DNA of 57,768 bases from Betaproteobacteria bacterium (GTDB lineage: Bacteria; Pseudomonadota; Gammaproteobacteria; Burkholderiales; Casimicrobiaceae). This document shows, one piece after another, positions 34,961-41,737 of this stretch. The DNA is taken from NCBI GenBank assembly GCA_031376405.1, contig JANMDS010000163.1, positions 1 to 57,768 on the forward strand, written 5' to 3'. Within the stretch, counting starts at the first letter, position 1. Each line of letters starts with the position of its first letter. Made by a program: the position numbers and the translations under genes. Below the pieces are notes generated by a model that saw only the letters and a list, made by a program, of their open reading frames with translations, was not told the origin of the DNA and ran no database searches.

Positions 34961-36022
34961 ATGTTTAATCTATTCCGTCGCAAACCCGTTCCCCCTTCAG
35001 CCCCCGAGTCCGAAATTATCGCTACACCCGACGGTCCGGCGTTGGTAGAACCTGAAAACGTGCTCACACCTGCGGCGCAAAATGAAGCGGTCGTGCAGGT
35101 TATCTCCGAAAAAACGAGCTGGTTGAACAAGCTGAAATCGGGCTTATCGAATACGCGCGAAAAATTGGGCGGTGGTTTCGCCAAAATTTTTGCTAATAAA
35201 AAATTAGACGAAGAAACGCTCGAAACGCTCGAAACCACGCTGCTCTTGGCCGACGTAGGCGTAACCGCGACTTCACATTTGATTGCCGATTTACGCCGCC
35301 GCTACAAAGCCCAAGGCGGCGAGGCGGGCGCGCAAGCCCCGAGAGAATTGCTCTCCGAGGCGATGACTGATTTGCTCACGCCGCTTGAAGGCCCGCTAAC
35401 GGTTGCCGACGCGAAGCCATACGTAATTATGGTGGCTGGCGTAAATGGCGCGGGTAAAACCACCACCATTGGCAAGCTCGCGAAACACTTTCAAACGAGC
35501 GGCTACAGCGTGCTCCTGGCCGCAGGCGACACTTTTCGCGCCGCCGCCCGCGAGCAACTCGTGGCCTGGGGGGATCGCAACAACGTGCAAGTCATCCAGC
35601 AGCAAGGGGGTGATCCGGCAGCAGTGATGTTCGATGCCGTGCAAGCAGCCAAGGCACGGGGCATTGATGTGGTCATAGCGGACACCGCAGGCCGCCTACC
35701 CACGCAGCTGCATTTGATGGAGGAAATTAAAAAAGCTAAGCGCGTACTGGCAAAAGCGGATGCTTCGTATCCCCATGAAACGCTTTTGGTGCTCGATGGG
35801 AACACCGGTCAAAACGCCGTCGCGCAAGTCAAAGCCTTCGATGATGCGCTGCAGCTCACCGGTTTGGTGATGACCAAGCTCGACGGCTCAGCCAAAGGCG
35901 GCGTGCTTTGCGCCATCGCCAAAGAGCGTCCTGTGCCACTCAAGTTCATCGGTGTCGGCGAAGGTATTGAAGACTTGCAGCCGTTTGTTGCGCGGGAGTT
36001 TGTTGAGGCCTTGGTGGGGTAG
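34961..36022 (+). CDS. ftsY: Signal recognition particle receptor FtsY
   Basis: 353 aa with a short acidic N-region followed by an NG domain (GVNGAGKTTTIGKLA, DTAGR, TKLDG..KGG). Confidence 0.93.
   Translation: MFNLFRRKPVPPSAPESEIIATPDGPALVEPENVLTPAAQNEAVVQVISEKTSWLNKLKSGLSNTREKLGGGFAKIFANKKLDEETLETLETTLLLADVGVTATSHLIADLRRRYKAQGGEAGAQAPRELLSEAMTDLLTPLEGPLTVADAKPYVIMVAGVNGAGKTTTIGKLAKHFQTSGYSVLLAAGDTFRAAAREQLVAWGDRNNVQVIQQQGGDPAAVMFDAVQAAKARGIDVVIADTAGRLPTQLHLMEEIKKAKRVLAKADASYPHETLLVLDGNTGQNAVAQVKAFDDALQLTGLVMTKLDGSAKGGVLCAIAKERPVPLKFIGVGEGIEDLQPFVAREFVEALVG
35068..35114 (+). repeat. Repeat unit inside the ftsY coding sequence (N-terminal variable region)
   Basis: acctgcggcgcaaaatgaagcggtcgtgcaggttatctccgaaaaaa. 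The outer end and the inner TTATCTCC...AAAA are conserved. Confidence 0.65.
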
Positions 36023-36035
36023 TTTTTTTGTAAAT

Positions 36036-36105
36036 ACCTGCGGCGTAAAACGGGCACTTTTTTAACTTTATCTCCCAGAAAAAGCCATTTTTTTAACTCT
36101 AATCG
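36036..36105. repeat. Repeat unit (forward) plus a degenerate partner arm, adjacent to a bidirectional terminator
   Basis: acctgcggcgtaaaacgggcacttttttaactttatctccc, followed by agaaaaagccatttttttaactctaatcg. Confidence 0.8.
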
Positions 36106-36111
36106 CCAGAC

Positions 36112-36140
36112 AAAAAAGCCGACGCGAACGTCGGCTTTTT
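36112..36140. terminator. Bidirectional intrinsic terminator between convergent ftsY and cytochrome c4
   Basis: AAAAAAGCCGACG-CGAA-CGTCGGCTTTTT: a perfect 7-bp GC stem flanked by A6 and T5 runs. Confidence 0.8.
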
Positions 36141-36162
36141 ACTTTTAGCGAAACAAAATCCC

Positions 36163-36807
36163 TTAGCGCAAACCGCTCGCGTATTCCGCTACGGCTTTCA
36201 TTTCGGCTTCGTTCATTTTCCCAGCGAACGCGGCCATCACGCGCCCGCCTGCATCCTTGTCGTTTGCGCCGCGCGTGCCGCCAGCGAAGCTCTTCAGCTG
36301 TGTGAGCGTGTATTCAGCGTGTTGCCCGCCCAAACGCGGGAATTGCGCTGGGATGCCTGCGCCTGCGGGGCCATGGCAGGCCGTGCAAGCAGGCACGCCT
36401 TTAGCGATGATGCCGTTGCGCCAAATGTTTTCACCCACTTTAGCGAGCATTACCTCTTTTACGCCCCCAACGCGGGCTTTTTGGCGGGAGAAATATTCGC
36501 CAAGCGCTTTCATGTCTTCATCGGAAAGCGCGGTGGCAAAGCCTTTCATGATCGCGTTTTCGCGCACGCCGGATTTGAAGTGCGTGAGCTGCCTAGCGAT
36601 ATAACCCGCGCTTTGGCCTGCGAGAGAAGGGTTGGCAGCGATGAGGCTGTTGCCGTCGGCACCGTGGCAGGCCGCGCAGGTGGCGGCGAGCTGCTGGCCT
36701 TTGGCAACGCGGGCGGCGCTATCCACAACGGGCGGGGCATCAGCTGCGAAGGCGGAAAGGGAAATTAGCGATGCGCAGAGTGCGAAAGCGCGCAGGGTAA
36801 AGCTCAT
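36163..36807 (-). CDS. Di-haem cytochrome c4
   Basis: Start trimmed to MSFTLRAFALCASLISLSAFA (signal). It has two CxxCH motifs (CAACH, CTACH) and is divergent from engB, as in many proteobacteria. Confidence 0.85.
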   Translation of the reverse strand: MSFTLRAFALCASLISLSAFAADAPPVVDSAARVAKGQQLAATCAACHGADGNSLIAANPSLAGQSAGYIARQLTHFKSGVRENAIMKGFATALSDEDMKALGEYFSRQKARVGGVKEVMLAKVGENIWRNGIIAKGVPACTACHGPAGAGIPAQFPRLGGQHAEYTLTQLKSFAGGTRGANDKDAGGRVMAAFAGKMNEAEMKAVAEYASGLR

Positions 36808-36897
36808 TGTGGTGTCCTTGTGGGCAAATACTGCGCCACGCATAAACTAACGCTGTGGCAAACCATCGATTATAGCTTTGAAAGTGGCCTCTTTTTA

Positions 36898-37527
36898 ATG
36901 AATTCATTGTGCTTTGAACGGGCTGTGTTTATCAAGTCTGTAGTGAGTTGGGGCGATTTGCCCCCTGCCAACGAGCCGGAGGTGGCGCTCGTGGGCCGTT
37001 CGAACGCGGGTAAATCAAGCGCGTTGAACGTGCTGGCCAACCGAACGCGGCTCGCGTATGTGAGCAAAATGCCGGGGCGCACCCAGGCGCTGAACTATTT
37101 TTCCCTGCCCAAGGGCGGCTTTATTGTGGATTTGCCGGGCTACGGCTACGCCAAAACACCGAAGGCCACGAAGATTGATTGGGGGCCACTACTCGGGCGC
37201 TATATTGCCGAGCGTACGCCGCTTGCGGGTGTGGTGATGCTGATGGACATTCGCCACCCGCTCACAGAGCTTGACTTGGGCTTTTTGGATTGGTACTCGC
37301 CTTCGAAAAAACCGCTTTTGGTGCTTCTTACCAAGAGCGATAAAGTTTCGAATCAGGTAAAGATTGAGACCCGCCGCGCAGTGCACATGCACTTAGAAAA
37401 GGCTGGTTGGGACATGGGAAATGTGCAGGTGCACACTTTTTCGGCGCTCAAACGCATTGGACTTCAGGAGGCGAGCGCGGTGATTGCGACGTGGTTGCCT
37501 TCTAATCCGGTGGAAAAACCGTCTTGA
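36898..37527 (+). CDS. engB: Ribosome biogenesis GTP-binding protein EngB/YihA
   Basis: Start trimmed to the ATG at 36898. It has G1 GRSNAGKSS, DLPGYGYA and G4 TKSDK. Confidence 0.88.
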   Translation: MNSLCFERAVFIKSVVSWGDLPPANEPEVALVGRSNAGKSSALNVLANRTRLAYVSKMPGRTQALNYFSLPKGGFIVDLPGYGYAKTPKATKIDWGPLLGRYIAERTPLAGVVMLMDIRHPLTELDLGFLDWYSPSKKPLLVLLTKSDKVSNQVKIETRRAVHMHLEKAGWDMGNVQVHTFSALKRIGLQEASAVIATWLPSNPVEKPS

Positions 37528-37528
37528 A

Positions 37529-37558
37529 CAAAAAGAAGCCCCTGAACAAGTCAGGGGC
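37529..37558 (-). terminator. Hairpin with a T-run on the minus strand, ~200 nt downstream of waaA
   Basis: GCCCCTGA-ACAAG-TCAGGGGC (37538-37558). On the minus strand it is followed by TTCTTTTTG. On the plus strand (engB side) no T-run follows. Confidence 0.55.
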
Positions 37559-37755
37559 GAAATGCCATATAAAACTGGCACCCGCACAGGGAGGAAAGCG
37601 GGAGATGATTACTCATCTACCAACAAATATACCCATTTCGTAGTGAATGAGCAAGTATTTATCGCTTTATTTCACATTGTCTAAGACGTTTTTAGTTCTA
37701 ATGAAATTTGTCTAACGCGAAAAATCCATTGCATGCATCAAAAACAATGACAATA

Positions 37756-39018
37756 TCATTTTGTGAAGTGACTCACGCAGTCAGATTCATCGAAGATCGC
37801 GATAAGGGTGCGAGCTGTGGCGCCTTGGTTGGTGCGGGCAAATTGCTGCGCTGCAATAGCTTGTGTTTCACGCAGCGCATTGTTTTGGAGCAGGTAAACG
37901 AGGGCGCCCAGCGCGGCCTCGGCGGACGCTACCTGCGTGACCGCGCCCGCAGCGATGCCCGCTTTGGCAGCGGCCTCAAAGTTAAACGTGGACGGCCCGA
38001 TCACAACTGGCACACCCATCGCGCAAGGCTCGATTAAATTTTGACTCCCCGTGGAGAACGAGCCCCCTATAAACGCGACTTGTGCGCAGGCGTAGTAGGC
38101 AAACATTTCGCCCATCGTGTCGCCAACAATCACCTCTGCATCTGAAGCAATTTTTTCGTTTGCACTTCGGCGCGCAACACGAAACCCCATGCTTTGGGCG
38201 AGCGCCACGACTTCATCAAAACGCCGAGGATGCCGGGGCACGATGAGCGCGCGGGCGGCGCGGCGAAGTGGGTGTGCACGCAGCGCGTTGAGCAGAAGCG
38301 CTTCATCGCCTTCGCGCGTAGAGCCCGCGATCCAGAGCGGTGCCATGCCAAATAGCGCGCGTAACGCATGCGCCTTCTCGGCCCAATCATTCGGTGGCGT
38401 TACGTCAAATTTCATATTGCCCAATACCGCTACGTTACCCGCGCCAAGCGAGGTAAAGCGGGCCGCATCTGCATCGGCGGCAGCGAGTACCTCGCGTAAA
38501 CGATTGAGCGTGGCACGGGTAAGTGTTGGGAATTTCGCATAGCCGCGGGCGCTTTTTTCTGACAAACGCGCGTTCACCAACCATACCGGGATCTCGCGCT
38601 GTGCGCATTGGGCAATCACCTCGGGCCACAGCTCGGTTTCCATTACAACGCTACGCGCGGGGCGTGTCGCGTTCAAAAATCTTATTACGCATGGTGCGAA
38701 ATCGTAGGGCAAATAGCACTGGGTAACGCTTTCGCCAAAAAGCTGCGCGCCCGTTGCGCGGCCGGTGGGCGTCATGTGTGTGAGTAAAATTTTCATCTGC
38801 GCGTTTCGTGAATGCAGCGCTTTGAGAAGCGGGTCCGCAGCACGGGTTTCGCCCACGCTCACCGCATGAATCCACACATCAAATGGGCCTCGCGGCAACC
38901 CAAAACCAAAGCGCTCGCGCCAATGCGCCCGATACGTTGGATCTATTGCGCCGCGCCACAAAAGACGCAACGCTGCAAGCGGCAGCGCGAGCAACCAGAG
39001 CGCGCGATAGCTTGTCAC
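37756..39018 (-). CDS. waaA: 3-deoxy-D-manno-octulosonic acid (Kdo) transferase
   Basis: 420 aa. It has an N-terminal anchor, WIHAVSVGE and SFxxxGGQNxxEP-like (GGSFSTGSQNLIEP) motifs. There is a 4-nt overlap with waaC. Confidence 0.88.
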   Translation of the reverse strand: MTSYRALWLLALPLAALRLLWRGAIDPTYRAHWRERFGFGLPRGPFDVWIHAVSVGETRAADPLLKALHSRNAQMKILLTHMTPTGRATGAQLFGESVTQCYLPYDFAPCVIRFLNATRPARSVVMETELWPEVIAQCAQREIPVWLVNARLSEKSARGYAKFPTLTRATLNRLREVLAAADADAARFTSLGAGNVAVLGNMKFDVTPPNDWAEKAHALRALFGMAPLWIAGSTREGDEALLLNALRAHPLRRAARALIVPRHPRRFDEVVALAQSMGFRVARRSANEKIASDAEVIVGDTMGEMFAYYACAQVAFIGGSFSTGSQNLIEPCAMGVPVVIGPSTFNFEAAAKAGIAAGAVTQVASAEAALGALVYLLQNNALRETQAIAAQQFARTNQGATARTLIAIFDESDCVSHFTK

Positions 39019-39971
39019 GGCGCGCTATTTGTTAAATGGGGCGACATCGCGCGTAAAACTTCATCCACGCTCGGCGGCCGCCCGATGCCGCCCAAGTTCA
39101 CCGCGCCCGCCTCGCCGCCCCACGCCCCCGATAAGCCCGGATCAGTGGCCACATACACGCCCACCACCGGCACGCCCACCGCCGCCGCGAGATGAAGCAA
39201 ACCCGTGTCTACACCCACCACGCAGGCTGCTGCGCTCAAATCATTGGCGAGCTGGGCGAAGGGGTCACGCGGCCACACGCGGGCATGGGCGAAGCCCGCG
39301 GCAAGCCGCTGTGCGCGGGCCTCTTCAGCGGGCGAGCCCCAGGGTAGGCCCACTTCGTAACCCTTTTCGCCGCACGCCGCGATCAGCGCGCGCCAGTTCG
39401 CTTCCGGCCACAATTTATCGTCACGCGACGTTGCGTGGCAACAGACCACAAGCCGCATTTTCTGGGAGATAAGTTGCAAACCATAGCTGTTTTGCGCCGC
39501 AGGTATTTTGTAGTGCAACGCCGCTGCAAGCAGCGCGCGGTTGCGCGTTACCGCGTGTTCCGCTTTGCTCACCGCAAATTTATGTTGATACGACATACTC
39601 GCCAACGGCTCGCGCGCGCTCGCCCAATCGTAGCCGCTGCGCGGCCCGCGCGCCCGGGAAGCCAACCATGCGCTTTTCGCCAAGCCTTGCAAATCCACAA
39701 TCGCATCGTAAGGCGTTTCGCGCACCTCGTTCTTGAACTTCGCAAACGCAGCTCGCACCGGCTGCGAAAACGGCGCTTTGCGCCACTTACGCAGCTCGCA
39801 CACAATCACCCGATCAATAGCCGGATGCAACCGCGCAATCCCCGCAAAACCCGCCTCCACCAACCAATCAACCTGCGTGTCCGGTTGCGCCCGCTTCAAA
39901 TCAGCAAGCGCCGGAAAGGCGTGGATCACATCGCCCATCGACGAGGTTTTAACAATCAAAATGCGTGGCAT
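39015..39971 (-). CDS. waaC: ADP-heptose:LPS heptosyltransferase I (GT9)
   Basis: 318 aa. It has MPRILIVKTSSMGDVIHAFPAL, HATSRDDKLWPE and VGVDTGLLHLAAA. Confidence 0.85.
   Translation of the reverse strand: MPRILIVKTSSMGDVIHAFPALADLKRAQPDTQVDWLVEAGFAGIARLHPAIDRVIVCELRKWRKAPFSQPVRAAFAKFKNEVRETPYDAIVDLQGLAKSAWLASRARGPRSGYDWASAREPLASMSYQHKFAVSKAEHAVTRNRALLAAALHYKIPAAQNSYGLQLISQKMRLVVCCHATSRDDKLWPEANWRALIAACGEKGYEVGLPWGSPAEEARAQRLAAGFAHARVWPRDPFAQLANDLSAAACVVGVDTGLLHLAAAVGVPVVGVYVATDPGLSGAWGGEAGAVNLGGIGRPPSVDEVLRAMSPHLTNSAP
39464..39504 (-). repeat. Repeat unit inside the waaC coding sequence
   Basis: gggagataagttgcaaaccatagctgttttgcgccgcaggt. Confidence 0.8.
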
Positions 39972-40004
39972 GGACGCATTATGCGGGGTTCACGGCACAG
40001 AGAA

Positions 40005-40072
40005 ACCTGCGGCATAGAAATGGAATTTTTTGGGAGATATCCCCTGAGAATGGCCGTTTTTGCGCCGCAGGT
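40005..40072. repeat. Complete head-to-head repeat pair (~68-nt palindrome)
   Basis: acctgcggcatagaaatggaattttttgggagatatcccctgagaatggccgtttttgcgccgcaggt. Confidence 0.9.
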
Positions 40073-40140
40073 TTTTTGATGAAAAGACAAACCTGTAGCC
40101 TGTATTAGCCGCAACGCGGCGTAATCCGGGAGCGATTCGG

Positions 40141-40185
40141 GTCAAATCAAAATTCAAACTGAGGGTGGGCACGGGGTGCCACCCT
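40141..40185 (+). repeat. Direct repeat A flanking the higBA cassette
   Basis: GTCAAATCAAAATTCAAACTGAGGGTGGGCACGGGGTGCCACCCT. It matches 40963-41007 at roughly 37 of 45 positions by eye. Confidence 0.6.
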
Positions 40186-40242
40186 ACGTCTATTCCGTGC
40201 GACTATGCTTATAGTCCGCACCTTATAAGGTACACTAATGTG

Positions 40243-40596
40243 ATGAAACCTCAACATAAACTGCCCGCAACGTTCTACCGTAGCGCCTCGGGCAGAGAGC
40301 CCGTGAGAGAGTGGTTACAGTCGCTTGCGCCTGATGAGCGAAAGCAGATTGGGGAAGATATTGCTTACGTGCAATACAAATGGCCCATCGGCAAGCCGCG
40401 CGTGGACCATTTGCGCGCTGGCGTTTGGGAAATCCGCTCGACTTTGGGCACGCGCATTGCACGCACGCTATTCGCGGTGGTTGACGCTGAAATTATTTTG
40501 TTGCATTGATTCATCAAGAAAACCCAGCAAACCCCAGCAAAAGAAATTGATACTGCCGCATCGCGGCTGAAGGAATGGAATCATGGCCAAAACTAA
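40243..40596 (+). pseudogene. higB: HigB/Gp49-like (RelE/ParE superfamily) toxin gene interrupted by an in-frame TGA at 40507-40509
   Basis: The ORF ends ...DAEIILLH*. The same frame continues FIKKTQQTPAKEIDTAASRLKEWNHGQN*, which is the conserved LH[C/G]F.KKTQKTP..EI..A..R tail of this family. The restored frame overlaps higA by 14 nt. Confidence 0.75.
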
Positions 40597-40894
40597 TCCC
40601 CATCGCGGCACGAGTTTCGATGATTTTTTGAAAGAAGAAAAACTCTACGACGAAGCCAATGCGAAAGCGCTCAAGCGCGCTATTTCAGAGCACTTACTCG
40701 ATCAAATGCAGGCAGCGCAGATGACCAAATCTTCGATGGCGCAGCGCATGGCAACCAGTCGCTCACAGCTTGATCGCGTGCTCGACCCGAGCAACACTTC
40801 CGTGCAGCTCGACACGCTTTTGCGCGCGGCTCGCGCGCTCGGCCGTGAGGTGGAGATTCGATTCAAAAAAGCGCCGCGCTCGCAAGCAACTTGA
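40583..40894 (+). CDS. higA: HigA-like XRE-family HTH antitoxin
   Basis: 103 aa. It has NPHRGTSFDDFLKEEKLYDE.. followed by an HTH (MTKSSMAQRMATSRSQLDRVLDPSNTSVQLDTLLRAARALG). Confidence 0.8.
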   Translation: MAKTNPHRGTSFDDFLKEEKLYDEANAKALKRAISEHLLDQMQAAQMTKSSMAQRMATSRSQLDRVLDPSNTSVQLDTLLRAARALGREVEIRFKKAPRSQAT

Positions 40895-40911
40895 TTTGAT
40901 TGCGCTCTTGT

Positions 40912-40921
40912 ACCTGCGGCG
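40912..40921 (+). repeat. Isolated outer-end fragment of the repeat unit downstream of higA
   Basis: Only acctgcggcg is present. A similar split fragment (acctg..gcggcgtaa) lies at 40091-40123, upstream of higB. Confidence 0.4.
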
Positions 40922-40962
40922 CTGATTGGGCAGGCACTCAGTCCGTACGATGGGCAGACTCT

Positions 40963-41007
40963 GTCAAATTGAAATTCAAACAGAGACGTGGGGACGGGGT
41001 GGGTACC
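40963..41007 (+). repeat. Direct repeat B flanking the higBA cassette
   Basis: GTCAAATTGAAATTCAAACAGAGACGTGGGGACGGGGTGGGTACC. A partial third copy, TTCAAATGAGAGTTCAAAC, follows at 41011-41029. Confidence 0.6.
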
Positions 41008-41034
41008 ATCTTCAAATGAGAGTTCAAACAAATG

Positions 41035-41598
41035 CTACCGCAACCTAACCAAACTTGTGGGGGAATCAACACCATACACTTTTTTATTCACACCAAAGAT
41101 ATACGACAACCGCTTTGTGGTTTTGCCTGAAATCTTGCTCGTGTAAATGCTTTCAACCGGAAAAACTCTTATCTCAGGTTTAGCTCCAAATCGTAATGTA
41201 ATTGAGCAATCTGAGTTAAGAACTGCGCGTGTCACAGTCTTCCCCGCCACAGGATAATCATGAAGTCGCTCAATTAACTCCAACTTGCTCGAAAAATATT
41301 CGTACGACGGTGAATCGATTAAGACTTCTGCGGTTCTAATACTCAGACTAGCACGCACTCGTTTTCGAGAAAATCTCTCGGATCTAGAATTGCGCTCACA
41401 AAACGCAAGAAGCATGAATGTCGGAACATCCGAGTCGAACGGCTCAACACTCGAAACATTCATTCCAATTAACCGATTCACAGTTCGACTTGCTCGTCGG
41501 AATGCTTTTAGTTTTCGTAGGGTGCTTGGAGTGCTGGTCATCGCCCGAGCTGACGCTTCGTAAACTTCGCCTCGGAAACTCTCATTAGTACTTCCCAA
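41035..41598 (-). CDS. Hypothetical protein, no recognisable domain (orphan on a lower-GC segment)
   Basis: 187-aa ORF with a TTG start at 41598 (an alternative ATG at 41541 gives MTSTPST..). It is basic and Ser/Arg-rich in the N-terminal half. A sample 60-nt line hand-counts at ~45% GC, against ~60% or more in the flanks. Confidence 0.4.
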   Translation of the reverse strand: MGSTNESFRGEVYEASARAMTSTPSTLRKLKAFRRASRTVNRLIGMNVSSVEPFDSDVPTFMLLAFCERNSRSERFSRKRVRASLSIRTAEVLIDSPSYEYFSSKLELIERLHDYPVAGKTVTRAVLNSDCSITLRFGAKPEIRVFPVESIYTSKISGKTTKRLSYIFGVNKKVYGVDSPTSLVRLR

Positions 41599-41654
41599 AA
41601 ACGCAAAAACCTAAAGTAAGTGCACAGAAACTCGCCTACACACTTCACCAAAAT

Positions 41655-41721
41655 ACCTGCGGCGCAGAATTGACAATTTCTCAGAGAATTCTCCAAAAAC
41701 CGACCATTCTGCTCCCCAGGT
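41655..41721. repeat. Head-to-head repeat pair with a diverged right arm
   Basis: acctgcggcgcagaattgacaatttctcagagaattctccaaaaaccgaccattctgctccccaggt. Confidence 0.7.
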
Positions 41722-41737
41722 ATTACGCGCTTTTTAA

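Noticed and set aside
40507-40509. The TGA in higB as selenocysteine or programmed readthrough.
   Set aside because: No SECIS-like hairpin follows immediately. The family has no known selenoprotein members. A simple nonsense mutation is the more economical explanation.
40141-41029. Integron-like attC sites flanking higBA (TA cassettes are common in chromosomal integrons).
   Set aside because: There is no intI gene and no RYYYAAC/GTTRRRY core pair that I could find. The next ORF is on the opposite strand, unlike cassette arrays. This is kept only as a generic direct-repeat observation.
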